Shown here one piece after another: positions 38,246-47,610 of a stretch of 64,000 bases of DNA. The first letter of the stretch is position 1. Every line of letters begins with the position of its first letter. A program made the position numbers and the translations under genes. The notes under the pieces are model-generated. The model was not told where the DNA came from. It worked only from the letters and a program-made list of their open reading frames with translations, and searched no databases. Source of the stretch: Candidatus Sulfopaludibacter sp. SbA3 (GTDB taxonomy: Bacteria > Acidobacteriota > Vicinamibacteria > Vicinamibacterales > UBA2999). The stretch is from assembly GCA_945903265.1 (NCBI GenBank), contig CAMDNQ010000010.1, positions 6,372-70,371 of the forward strand, read 5' to 3'.

Positions 38246-40153
38246 ATGTTCCTATTCCCAGCTCTGCGCGGCCGAGTAGTCATTCTCTGCTCAATCGCCG
38301 CCATTTGTCTGCTCCCGGCGTCTCCGCGGGCCGACGAACAGAGCGTCACGTGGACCAACGTCGTCAACGCGTCGGTGTCGTCAGAGAACACTCTGACGAA
38401 GACAGGCGGACAGAATCAGTCGGACGACGCGGGCGCCACCTCGGCCGAGGAACTGACCGCGGGCGAGGGCTACGTGGAATTTACGGTCGGCGCAGCCAAT
38501 ATGGAAGCGCTCGTCGGCTTGAATCACGGCAGCCAGGGCACGTGGTACTACGAGATCGATTTCGCGTTCCGATTCATGCCTTCCGGGTCCGCCGACGTCA
38601 TTGAGAACGGCGTCTACCTGAATGGGGGCGACACTCCGTACACGGTCGGCGACCGCTTTCGCATCGCGGTCGTCGACGGCCGCGTTCGTTTCAGCCGGAA
38701 CGGCATCTTCCTGACGGAGAGCACCAATCCCGTCACGTACCCGCTTGTGCTCGACGTCTCGATGTTCTCGATGGGCGCCGCCGTCGCGGACCCGGTGCTC
38801 GGCGTGACGCCGCCTCCGCCGCCGGGTGGCGGGTTCTTCGAGACTTCCGGGTTCCAAACCCCTCGACCGCGGTACACGCCGGAGCAGATCAACGCATTCC
38901 TCCCGACTGGCGGCGCCGCCGGCGCGTTCCAGTTTCCCGCGCCGTATAACACCGCGGCCGTTCGCCTGACCGACGCCTCGCTCTGCGCGGAGGGGCAGGA
39001 CTGCCTCTGGTACGCCGGGTACTCCTACTGGCGCAACATGAACAATCACGTCGGCAGCGCCGACATGTATATCTTCCTGGGGACCGATCCTGCGCGCGGC
39101 GGCGCCGGACCGACGTTGATCCGGTACAACAAGGCGCTGGACGCGGTGCAGGACGTCCAGCCGATGTTCGACGAGGCGAGTCCGTACCGGTACAGCACCG
39201 GGGAAGGGTGGTACTTCAGCGCCCAGTTCCCCACCCGCCTGTATGCGACGCGCGTCGGGTCGTCGCAGCTTCGACGCTACGACATTCTTGTCCGCCAGTT
39301 CGAGACCGCGCCGGTCTTCGACCTGTCGGCGTGCGCCCGTCCGCGCGTGTGTCCACGCGGCGCGGCATCCATCACGCAGGCGCATTCGAGCGATGACGAT
39401 CTGGTGCACTCCGCAACGGTGCAGGATGTGAACTGGGCGCGTATCGGCTGCGTCGTGTACCAGACCGCCGCCCGCCGCTTCACGTACTACGCGCCTCCGA
39501 AGAATTACGCGCTTGACGAATGCCACGTCGACAAGTCCGGCCGGTGGCTGATGCTGCTCGAGACACGCGCCGACGGCTCGCGTCACAACCGCGTCGTCAA
39601 TCTCGCGACCGGAAAGATACGGACGATCACCGATGTGAACGGAGCGCTCGGGCATCTCGACATGGGACATGGATACGCGATTGGCGCGGACACCTTCAGC
39701 GCGCTGCCGAACGCCACGATCCGGCTGGACTTCCCTGTCGCGACCACCACGCGCCCGATCGGGCCCATGGTGCATTTCAATAACCGATGGGACGTGGCTG
39801 CGGCCAATCACATCGCCCATGGCAATGCCCGCCCGTTGATGACCGGCGAGCGCCCCTATGCGTGCGGGAGCAACGCCAGCCGCGTGGGCGACGTCGCCGA
39901 CGAGGTGGTCTGCTTCTTTGCCGACGGCGCGACGAACGCCGACGGCGCGCTGGATGTGCTGGTCATTGCCCAGGTCCTGACCGACCTGGACGCCGCGGGC
40001 GGGAACGATGTCGACGGCGATGACTACGAACAGACCCCGAAAGGCAACCTCGATGTCACGGGCCGCTACTTCCTGTGGACCACCAACCTCGGGGGTGGGC
40101 GCCTGGACGCGGTATTGGTGAAGATCCCTGCGGAACGGTTTACCGGCCGCTAG
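38246..40153 (+). CDS. large secreted hypothetical protein
   Basis: The ATG at 38246 gives MFLFPALRGRVVILCSIAAICLLPASPRADEQ (a signal peptide). An N-terminal ~170-aa beta-rich module, a PPPPPGGG linker and a ~440-aa C-terminal part follow. I recognise no family. Confidence 0.6.
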   Translation: MFLFPALRGRVVILCSIAAICLLPASPRADEQSVTWTNVVNASVSSENTLTKTGGQNQSDDAGATSAEELTAGEGYVEFTVGAANMEALVGLNHGSQGTWYYEIDFAFRFMPSGSADVIENGVYLNGGDTPYTVGDRFRIAVVDGRVRFSRNGIFLTESTNPVTYPLVLDVSMFSMGAAVADPVLGVTPPPPPGGGFFETSGFQTPRPRYTPEQINAFLPTGGAAGAFQFPAPYNTAAVRLTDASLCAEGQDCLWYAGYSYWRNMNNHVGSADMYIFLGTDPARGGAGPTLIRYNKALDAVQDVQPMFDEASPYRYSTGEGWYFSAQFPTRLYATRVGSSQLRRYDILVRQFETAPVFDLSACARPRVCPRGAASITQAHSSDDDLVHSATVQDVNWARIGCVVYQTAARRFTYYAPPKNYALDECHVDKSGRWLMLLETRADGSRHNRVVNLATGKIRTITDVNGALGHLDMGHGYAIGADTFSALPNATIRLDFPVATTTRPIGPMVHFNNRWDVAAANHIAHGNARPLMTGERPYACGSNASRVGDVADEVVCFFADGATNADGALDVLVIAQVLTDLDAAGGNDVDGDDYEQTPKGNLDVTGRYFLWTTNLGGGRLDAVLVKIPAERFTGR

Positions 40154-40383
40154 GGTTCCTGCTGCTCCTGATCCTGCTCTAATTCTTCGATCTGCCAGTC
40201 GGCCAGCGGTTGCGGGCCGGGGACGATATCCGCGATGTCGGGATCGATCCCGTCAGCAGGCCGCTCCTGCTCCGCCTTCCGCTGTTTGACGTCCAGCCGC
40301 TTGGCGGCCTTGTCCTTCCGCTTCTCGGTCAGCGCCTTTTCGCGCTCGCGTTTCGCTGCTGTCGGTCGAGCATTTCGTGCCAT
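40150..40383 (-). CDS. small highly charged hypothetical protein
   Basis: 77 aa with a Lys/Arg/Glu-rich N-terminal half and an acidic tail (EELEQDQEQQEP). Its stop overlaps the convergent gene's stop as CTAG. Confidence 0.4.
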   Translation of the reverse strand: MARNARPTAAKREREKALTEKRKDKAAKRLDVKQRKAEQERPADGIDPDIADIVPGPQPLADWQIEELEQDQEQQEP

Positions 40384-40460
40384 GCCGTACTCCCAGGCGT
40401 TCAGTCCGCCATCAGGCGGATGTCGGGCCGGCTGATCCCGCCCTCAATTATTCATCGTGG

Positions 40461-40829
40461 TTACCAGCGCGGGTCGGTGCGACGTCCGCCGCCTCCGCCC
40501 CTGCCGCCACCACCGCCGCCGCGGCCGCCGCGGCCACGATCGCTGCCGCCGCCGCCAAATCCACCGCCGGCGCCGCGCGGCGCTTCCGGACGCGCCTCAT
40601 TGACGGTGAGCGCGCGGCCGCCCATCTGGTGGCCGTTGAACTGCGTCGTGGCCTTCTGCGCATCCTCGTCGTTCGCCATTTCGACGAAGGCAAATCCGCG
40701 TGCCCGGCCCGTCATCCGATCGCGGACGACCGTGACCGTCTCCACCGCTCCGGCTTGCCCGAATAACGCTTCGAGGTCCTGCTCGGTCGTTTCGTATGGC
40801 AGGTTCCCGACGAAGAGTTTGCGACTCAT
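40461..40829 (-). CDS. RRM-type RNA-binding protein with Gly/Arg-rich tail
   Basis: The ATG at 40829 gives MSRKLFVGNLPYETTEQDLEALF...RGFAFVEM (RNP2 and RNP1 motifs) followed by an RGG-type tail. The N-terminal extension in the track is unsupported. Confidence 0.85.
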   Translation of the reverse strand: MSRKLFVGNLPYETTEQDLEALFGQAGAVETVTVVRDRMTGRARGFAFVEMANDEDAQKATTQFNGHQMGGRALTVNEARPEAPRGAGGGFGGGGSDRGRGGRGGGGGGRGGGGGRRTDPRW

Positions 40830-41008
40830 GACCCTGTCCTCCTGCGGCCTCAGGCTCTGGCTCGTGAGCGCGAAGATGCGAGTCCGGAGGCTCGGATCCG
40901 AAGCGCAGTAGGCGGGCTCAGCGTCGGGCGGCACGCCCAGCATACCACCGATCAACTGGCCTCCCGGGCGAGGCCGCGTGCTACGATTTCGCTCTGCCCG
41001 CCGCCCGC

Positions 41009-41950
41009 ATGCGTGAGATTTCCCTGAGCGATATCGAAGACGCCGCGCGTCATATCTACGGCCCGGTTGTGCGTACGCCGCTGGTGCAACTCCACGAGAA
41101 TCTGTTCCTGAAACTCGAGTCGCTCCAGCCGACCGGCTCGTTCAAACTGCGCGGCGCGCAGAACGCCCTCCGCTCGATCCCGGCGAGCCAGCTGGCATCC
41201 GGCGTCTGGACGGTGAGCGCGGGCAACGCGGCACTCGGCGTCGCGTACGCGGCGCACCGCGCCGGAGTCCCCTGCTCGGTCATGGTGGTCGATACGGCGC
41301 CCGCCACGAAGCTCGAGGCCCTCAGGCGTCTCGACGCGCGCATCGTGCCCGCGCCGTACGAGGAATGCTGGCGCACCGTCGAGACGCACGGATCGGAGCG
41401 GATGCGGGGCGCATTCATTCACCCGTTTGACGACGATCGGTTCATTGCCGGCAACGGCACCGCAGGGCTCGAGATTGTCGATGCGCTGCCCGACGTGGAT
41501 ACCGTGGTCGCGGCGGTGGGCGGTGGAGGCCTGCTGGCCGGCGTCGCATCAGCCCTCAAGGCGCTGCGGCCGGGCGCCAGGGTGTTTGCGGCAGAGCCCG
41601 AAACCGCGTCGCCGTTTGCGGTCTCCCTCGCACAGGGCCGTGCGAGTACATTCGAGGGGTGGCAGCGCTCGTTCGTCGACGGCGCCGGCGGCCGCTCGGT
41701 GCTGCCGAGCATGTGGCCGCTGTTGTCGCGCCTCGCCGCCGGCTCGATCGTCGTCAGCCTCGCCGACATCGCGGCGGCGATGAAGCTGGCGGCGGAACGC
41801 TGTCATGTGATTGCCGAGGGCGCCGCGGCATGCGCCATCGCCGCCGCGTTGACGGGCCGCGTGACAGGAAAGGTCGTCGCCATCGTCTCTGGCGGCAACA
41901 TCGATTTGCCGACGTTCGCCTCGCTCGTCGGCGCATCCAAGGAGCAGTAA
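41009..41950 (+). CDS. PLP-dependent threonine/serine dehydratase-family enzyme
   Basis: 313 aa with the PLP-lysine motif ...QPTGSFKLRGA... and a glycine loop GGGGLLAG. Confidence 0.8.
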   Translation: MREISLSDIEDAARHIYGPVVRTPLVQLHENLFLKLESLQPTGSFKLRGAQNALRSIPASQLASGVWTVSAGNAALGVAYAAHRAGVPCSVMVVDTAPATKLEALRRLDARIVPAPYEECWRTVETHGSERMRGAFIHPFDDDRFIAGNGTAGLEIVDALPDVDTVVAAVGGGGLLAGVASALKALRPGARVFAAEPETASPFAVSLAQGRASTFEGWQRSFVDGAGGRSVLPSMWPLLSRLAAGSIVVSLADIAAAMKLAAERCHVIAEGAAACAIAAALTGRVTGKVVAIVSGGNIDLPTFASLVGASKEQ

Positions 41951-41954
41951 ACGC

Positions 41955-44081
41955 GTGAGTCCGCGCCACGATCTGAATCGCCTCGCAGAGCTCGCGCACA
42001 ACCTGTGGTGGAGCTGGACGCCTGACGCCAGAAACGTGTTCAGGCGCCTCGACTACCCGTTGTGGCGCGATACGTCGCACAACCCCGTGCGCATGCTCAA
42101 TCTCGTCGCGCCGGAGGCCCTCGAACGCGCGGTGGCCGATCCCGCGTGGCTGGCCAACTATGAGCGGGCGCTCGCCAGGCTGGAAGCCGCCAGGGATGCG
42201 CGCGGCACCTGGTTCCAACGCGAGTGCCCCGAACAGATCGGAAAGACCATCGCGTACTTTTCCGCGGAGTTCGCCCTGCACCAGTCGCTGCCGATCTATG
42301 CCGGCGGTCTCGGCGTGCTCGCGGGCGACCATTGCAAGGAGGCCAGCGACCTGGGCGTGCCGCTCGTCGGCGTCGGGTTCATGTATCCGCAGGGCTACTT
42401 CCATCAGGAAGTGTCGGCGGATGGCTGGCAGCAGGAAATCTACGAAAAACTCAACTGGGGCGATGCCCCGGTCACGCAGGCGCTGACACCCAACGGGACG
42501 CCGTGCGTCACGGCCGTCCCTCTCGGCAGCCGGACGGTGCTGATGTCGGTCTGGCAGGTGCGCGCGGGACGCGTGACGCTATACCTCCTGGATACCGACC
42601 TGGAAGAAAACGCGCCGTGGGATCGCGCCCTGTCCGCGCGTCTGTACGGCGGCGACCGCGAAACGCGCGTGCAGCAGGAAATCCTCCTCGGCGTCGGGGG
42701 CGTGCGGGCGCTGAAGCTGCTGGGCATCCAGCCGAGCGTCTATCACCTCAACGAAGGGCACGCAGCCTTCGCCTCGCTCCAGCGCATCCGGGACCTGGCC
42801 GAAAACGGCGCCGGCTTCGATGCGGCGCTCGCCGAAGTCCGTCGCAGCACCGTGTTCACGACGCACACGCCTGTGGCCGCCGGCCACGACGCATTCCCGT
42901 TCCACATGGTCGAAACCCATCTTGCGGGAGCCTGGGGCGATCTCGGCACGTATCGCGAGCGCTTCTTCGCCCTGGCCCAATACGACAACGGCAGCGGACC
43001 GATGTTCAACATGACCGCGCTGGCACTTCGCACCGCCGGCGCCGTCAACGGCGTCAGCCAGCTGCACGGCGAAGTCACGAAGACGATGTGGCAGCCGATC
43101 TGGCCCGAGACGCCGCGCGAGCAGCTGCCCGTCGCGTTCGTCACCAACGGGGTCCACGTCCCCACGTGGATGTCGTCCGAGATTGCGGCGCTCCTGGAGA
43201 AGCACCTCGGGGCCGACTGGATCGATCACCATGACGATCCCGCCTTCTGCCAGCGCGTGATGGACATCCCCGACGGCGAGCTCTGGGAGGCGCGGCAGGC
43301 GCTGCGCAGCTTTCTGTTCGGCTTCATTCGCGAGCGCGCCCGCAACCGCTGGACGCAGGACGGCGTCGCCGCCACGCGCATCGTCGCCGCCGGCACGATG
43401 CTCGATCACAATTCGCTGACGATCGGGTTCGCGCGCCGGTTCACGGGATACAAGCGGCCGGAGCTGATCTTCTCGGACGCCGATCGGCTCGCCCGGATCC
43501 TCAGCGCGCACGGCCGGCCCGTCCAGATTCTCTTCGCGGGCAAGGCGCATCCGGCCGATGACGTCGGCAAGCACCACCTGCAGGACATCTACCGCCGCAC
43601 CCTCGACCCGAAGTTCGGCGGCCGCATCGCGTTTCTCGAGGACTACGACCTTCACGTGGCGCACTTCCTCGTCCAGGGATGCGACGTCTGGCTGAACAAC
43701 CCGCGCAAGCCGCTCGAAGCCAGCGGCACCAGCGGGATGAAGGCGGCCATCAACGGCACCCCGCATCTCTCGATCGGCGATGGATGGTGGGCGGAAGGCT
43801 TCACCGGCACCAACGGGTGGCTGATCGAGGGGCAGGCCGACCCGAACGATCACGGGGCCCAGGACTGGGCGGACGCCCAGGCGCTCTACGCCATCATCGA
43901 GGAGCAGCTGGTACCAGCCTTCTACGAGCGAGACGATCGCGGCATTCCGCGCCGCTGGCTCAAGATCGTCAAGCAGTCGATCCGGACGGTGCTGCCGCAG
44001 TTCAGCGCGCGCCGGATGGTCAAGGAATACGTGAAGACGATGTATCAGCCAGCACTCGGCGGCCAGCCCGTCGCGCGGTAA
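41955..44081 (+). CDS. glgP: alpha-glucan family phosphorylase
   Basis: 708 aa with a GTG start. Motifs are AYFSAEFALHQSLPIYAGGLGVLAGDHCKEASDLGVPLVGVGFMYPQGYF and EASGTSGMKAAINGT (PLP lysine). Confidence 0.88.
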   Translation: MSPRHDLNRLAELAHNLWWSWTPDARNVFRRLDYPLWRDTSHNPVRMLNLVAPEALERAVADPAWLANYERALARLEAARDARGTWFQRECPEQIGKTIAYFSAEFALHQSLPIYAGGLGVLAGDHCKEASDLGVPLVGVGFMYPQGYFHQEVSADGWQQEIYEKLNWGDAPVTQALTPNGTPCVTAVPLGSRTVLMSVWQVRAGRVTLYLLDTDLEENAPWDRALSARLYGGDRETRVQQEILLGVGGVRALKLLGIQPSVYHLNEGHAAFASLQRIRDLAENGAGFDAALAEVRRSTVFTTHTPVAAGHDAFPFHMVETHLAGAWGDLGTYRERFFALAQYDNGSGPMFNMTALALRTAGAVNGVSQLHGEVTKTMWQPIWPETPREQLPVAFVTNGVHVPTWMSSEIAALLEKHLGADWIDHHDDPAFCQRVMDIPDGELWEARQALRSFLFGFIRERARNRWTQDGVAATRIVAAGTMLDHNSLTIGFARRFTGYKRPELIFSDADRLARILSAHGRPVQILFAGKAHPADDVGKHHLQDIYRRTLDPKFGGRIAFLEDYDLHVAHFLVQGCDVWLNNPRKPLEASGTSGMKAAINGTPHLSIGDGWWAEGFTGTNGWLIEGQADPNDHGAQDWADAQALYAIIEEQLVPAFYERDDRGIPRRWLKIVKQSIRTVLPQFSARRMVKEYVKTMYQPALGGQPVAR

Positions 44082-44090
44082 GATTCAGAC

Positions 44091-44552
44091 ATGGCTCGCA
44101 AGTCCACGGTAGCCAAATCGAAGTGCGCCCTCTGCGGCGCCAAGGACGTCTCAGAGCCGCGCGGCGAGGAACGCTACTGCCGCGACTGCTGGGAAAAGAA
44201 GATTGCGGTCGAGGAGATCGTCGCCCGCGAGTTCGCCCTGAAGCGGTACATCCGCGCCCACAGCGCGGAGAAGTACCTGATCTATCACTCGACGATCAAG
44301 CGGCCGTGCGGCCAGATCATCGTGGTCGACGACGGCTACGACCTGTTTCTGACGATGGTGCTCTACCCGAACTTCGGATGGGAGGAAGAGGCCTACCACC
44401 TCGAAGGCGACCCTGAAGGACGGACGTTCGCGGAGATCCTCGTCGACGTCGTCGCCACCGAAGTCATCGAGCCGTGGGGCGGCGGCAAATGGCACCTGGA
44501 AATCTTCCGGTCCTCGAATCCGGAGCCCGAGGACTGGAACGGCGAAATGTAA
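44091..44552 (+). CDS. hypothetical protein with N-terminal CxxC...CxxC zinc-ribbon-like motif
   Basis: 153 aa with CALCG...CRDCW near the N-terminus. I recognise no family. Confidence 0.5.
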   Translation: MARKSTVAKSKCALCGAKDVSEPRGEERYCRDCWEKKIAVEEIVAREFALKRYIRAHSAEKYLIYHSTIKRPCGQIIVVDDGYDLFLTMVLYPNFGWEEEAYHLEGDPEGRTFAEILVDVVATEVIEPWGGGKWHLEIFRSSNPEPEDWNGEM

Positions 44553-44606
44553 CCCCATATAATGCCGAGTCGCGTGACGGGAGTACCCGTCCGGGAGGAC
44601 TTCATC

Positions 44607-45077
44607 ATGAAATTCGAAAGATTCGCAGCGCTGGCGGTAGCCGGCGTTCTCGCAGCAGCAGTCACGGCAACGGCCCAGGCTCCGAAGCCAGCCACCCCGG
44701 CGTCACCCGCAGCACCCGCGGCCCAGGGCGCACGTCCGCGCCTGCTCGCGCCGGTCCGCGGCCTCGCGCAGATCAGTTTCACCAAGCCCAACGTGAAGCG
44801 GGGCAAGGTCGGGGGCAAGGACTTCGTCATCACCACCATGCAGATCAAGAACATGGCAACGGGGCCGATTGCCGGCCTGAAGGTCGATGACTTCTGGTAC
44901 GACCGCGCCGGAGCCCCGCTCCCGAGCGACAGTTATCGGCACCCGCGTCCGATGCTTCCCGGCGAAGTGATCACGGTCACCCTGGAAACGCCGGCCGATC
45001 CGCGGATGAATCGTAATCAGTGGCAGTTCTCGCACGCCAACGGCGAGATCAAGCCGATGCTGGTTGCGAAGATGTAG
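44607..45077 (+). CDS. secreted hypothetical protein
   Basis: The ATG at 44607 is preceded by GGGAGGA. MKFERFAALAVAGVLAAAVTATAQA is a signal peptide. Confidence 0.6.
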   Translation: MKFERFAALAVAGVLAAAVTATAQAPKPATPASPAAPAAQGARPRLLAPVRGLAQISFTKPNVKRGKVGGKDFVITTMQIKNMATGPIAGLKVDDFWYDRAGAPLPSDSYRHPRPMLPGEVITVTLETPADPRMNRNQWQFSHANGEIKPMLVAKM

Positions 45078-45423
45078 CAAGCCGATCGACCCACCGGGCG
45101 GCGACGGGTATCCTCCACTCGTCGCCGCGCGCCACTTTCCACATCGTGACCCCCCACAGCAGCACGCCCGCCGTCCACGTCGCCATCGCCGCGGTGACGA
45201 GGAACCCGAAGGTCGAGGGAAGGAAGGACAGCGACGCGAGCGCCAGTCCGCCGAGCAGTGCGATCAGCAACGCGGCGGATCCGAAGACGACCACCGCCTG
45301 AGCGGCATGGAAGCGAACGACCGGATCCCGCCGCTCAACAATCCAGAGAATGGTCCCGGTGACCCACCACCCGCTGTAGGCGAGCGCCGCCGCAGCGCGT
45401 GAGGAGAGACCGAGGGAGCTCAT
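45049..45423 (-). CDS. small integral membrane protein (DUF4870-like)
   Basis: 124 aa. ...YSGWWVTGTILWIVERRDPVVRFHAAQAVVVFG... is followed by further TM segments. The family name is from memory. Confidence 0.5.
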   Translation of the reverse strand: MSSLGLSSRAAAALAYSGWWVTGTILWIVERRDPVVRFHAAQAVVVFGSAALLIALLGGLALASLSFLPSTFGFLVTAAMATWTAGVLLWGVTMWKVARGDEWRIPVAARWVDRLATSSQPASA

Positions 45424-45452
45424 GCCCGAGGCCGCTGCAACGGCGAGGCCAG

Positions 45453-47510
45453 CTATTGGACCCTGATGAGCACGTCGCGGCCGGCGGTGACATCCCCGCC
45501 TGACGCGCGGGAACGGCCTTCGACGCGAATCACGTAGGTGCCGGGCTCGAACTCGCTGAGCGGAATCCGGACGCTGAATCCGTACCCGCCGGACTTTCCC
45601 TGCAAATCGGTCGAGGACCGCTGTTCGCGATTCTCGAACACGACGCGGCCGTCATTCGCGCGCACCGTGGCGCTGAGATCGATCCCGTGCGGCGGCGCGT
45701 TCCGGACGTTCTCGTAGAACTCGGCGAACAGCGCAATCGTGTCGTTTCGGCCGAACTCACGCAGCGCCGCCATGGGGCCAGGCAGCACATCGCGCAGCGG
45801 ATCCTGCGCCCGGACGGACGGCGTGGCGCTCGCACCGGCGGACGTGACCGCGACCCCGCTCATCGCGAACGGCGCGGCATGAAAATCAGGCACATCGAGG
45901 TCAAAGAACCCGCTGCCGGATCGATTCGCGCCTTCCTCCGCCGCGCCCACACGCAGCTGATATCGCCCCGGCGGCAACTGGACCTCCGAGACGAGCCGCA
46001 TCCCGCGCGCGCGCGTGGCCGCGGCTGTCGCCGGTGTCATCTCCATCGTCAAAACGTGTTTCTGGCCGGGCCGCACGACGCCCTTGGCGTCGAGCGTCGA
46101 AAACGCGACCTCCACGCGGTCGAACAGCATGTCCCCCTTCTCGGCGAACGTGAAGGCATCGGCGCGCATCTCCACGGAGAGCGCCACGGCCGCGTTCGGC
46201 GCGGTGCCCTTGAACGCCGCCGCCGAGACGGTGAGAGGGATACCGGTTGTCGGGACCGGGCTGTTGAGCGCCAGTCCCACGGCGGCGTCCAGCGGAGCGC
46301 CGCCGCCGGCGCGCGTGTTCGGGGCGCGTCCGCGCGGCGCGACGTAGCCCCGGCGCGACCGCACCTGCAGCCCCGGGCGCTTCACGCGCACCTCGATACG
46401 GCGGAAGCGACCGTCGCGCCGATCGTTCGTCGTGTTGTAGCCGAGGACGTAGTAGGTGCTGTTCTCGCGAACGACCCGCTCGAATGCGCCCGCGAAGTCA
46501 TTGCGGTTGATCGCGGCAAAGCCGCCCGTCTCGTCGGCGAGCACCTGCAGGCTCTGCTGGGAGAGCCGCTGGGAGTCGAACAGCGTGCGCTGGAGATTGA
46601 AATCGCCCGGCGGCACGTCGCTCGGCGTGCCGCTCGCCTCAATTCCCTCATCGAAGCCGCCCAGGCCGCGCGGATCGATCGCGTAAATCGCCATGTTGGC
46701 CCGAGTTGCGGCCGCCACGGCCTCATTCGCCTGCTGAAGAATGATGCCGGCCGACGAATTGTTGATGACGTCGTAGACGTTGTAGCTGATCCCCTCGCTG
46801 ATGAGCAGCATCGATTTCCGCCTGCCGCGGACGCCCTCGAGGAAGGACGCGAGATCCCGAACGGCGGTCAGCGTCGTGCGCGCGTGGTAGGCACGCTCCA
46901 TCTCCAGGGGATCCATGAGCTTCAACTCCCGGTCGCTCGACGGATCGCGAACTGACGTGTTCAGGGAATCGGCGATCTCCAGCGCCTCCGCGCGGGGGCG
47001 CCGGCCGGTGAACCGGTCGATGGCCTCGAGCAGCAGGCGCCGGCTGTTCGTGAACTCCTGCCCGGCGGTCGCGCGGCCGCTCGTATGGACGATTGCCGCA
47101 AGGTCATTGGCGCCGAAGTTCCGCTCGACGAACTCGCGGAGGAAGCGTTTGACGCGAGGCGTGTTGGTGAAGTTCGTATGGAGGTCGTCGAGGACAATCA
47201 GGTAAATGCGGCCGTCCACCACCGTGTTGGCCTGGACGTCCGGCTCGATGGGGGCCCCCGCGAACAGCGGCTGCACCCCGCGCTCGATCGGCAGGTCGAC
47301 CAGTGAAAAAGCCGTCACCTTCTGCGGCCGCCCGTCTTCGAGCACCTCGAACTCGGCCTGGGTCAGGTCCGTAACGATCCGGCCTTCGGCGTCGGTCACC
47401 ACGGCATCGACCTCGACGTAGTTCACCTCGGCGCGGAAGGTCACCTGGGCGCCAGCGGCCGAAGCCGCGGCGCACGCCAGGAGCAGGGCAACGAGCAAAC
47501 GGGCTCTCAT
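45453..47510 (-). CDS. VWA-domain protein of the VWFA-related acidobacterial type
   Basis: 685 aa with a signal peptide. FRAEVNYVEVDAVVTDAEGRIVTDLTQAEFEVLEDGRPQKVTAF is the characteristic N-terminal module, and a VWA-like middle region (IYLIVLDDLH...) follows. Confidence 0.8.
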   Translation of the reverse strand: MRARLLVALLLACAAASAAGAQVTFRAEVNYVEVDAVVTDAEGRIVTDLTQAEFEVLEDGRPQKVTAFSLVDLPIERGVQPLFAGAPIEPDVQANTVVDGRIYLIVLDDLHTNFTNTPRVKRFLREFVERNFGANDLAAIVHTSGRATAGQEFTNSRRLLLEAIDRFTGRRPRAEALEIADSLNTSVRDPSSDRELKLMDPLEMERAYHARTTLTAVRDLASFLEGVRGRRKSMLLISEGISYNVYDVINNSSAGIILQQANEAVAAATRANMAIYAIDPRGLGGFDEGIEASGTPSDVPPGDFNLQRTLFDSQRLSQQSLQVLADETGGFAAINRNDFAGAFERVVRENSTYYVLGYNTTNDRRDGRFRRIEVRVKRPGLQVRSRRGYVAPRGRAPNTRAGGGAPLDAAVGLALNSPVPTTGIPLTVSAAAFKGTAPNAAVALSVEMRADAFTFAEKGDMLFDRVEVAFSTLDAKGVVRPGQKHVLTMEMTPATAAATRARGMRLVSEVQLPPGRYQLRVGAAEEGANRSGSGFFDLDVPDFHAAPFAMSGVAVTSAGASATPSVRAQDPLRDVLPGPMAALREFGRNDTIALFAEFYENVRNAPPHGIDLSATVRANDGRVVFENREQRSSTDLQGKSGGYGFSVRIPLSEFEPGTYVIRVEGRSRASGGDVTAGRDVLIRVQ

Positions 47511-47610
47511 GGGTCTGACCTCCCGAAAATTATAGAACCGACTTTTCGCCGGGGTCTCTCGTCAGACCAAGTGTAGGGCCGGCGAAGGTGGGGCGGCTGG
47601 ACCCGCCATA

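Noticed and set aside
40150-40153. Convergent gene pairs share or abut CTAG at their stops (19065-19070, 40150-40153, 56419-56422).
   Set aside because: This is most simply a consequence of TAG stops on both strands in a compact genome. Three cases are too few to argue for a functional motif.
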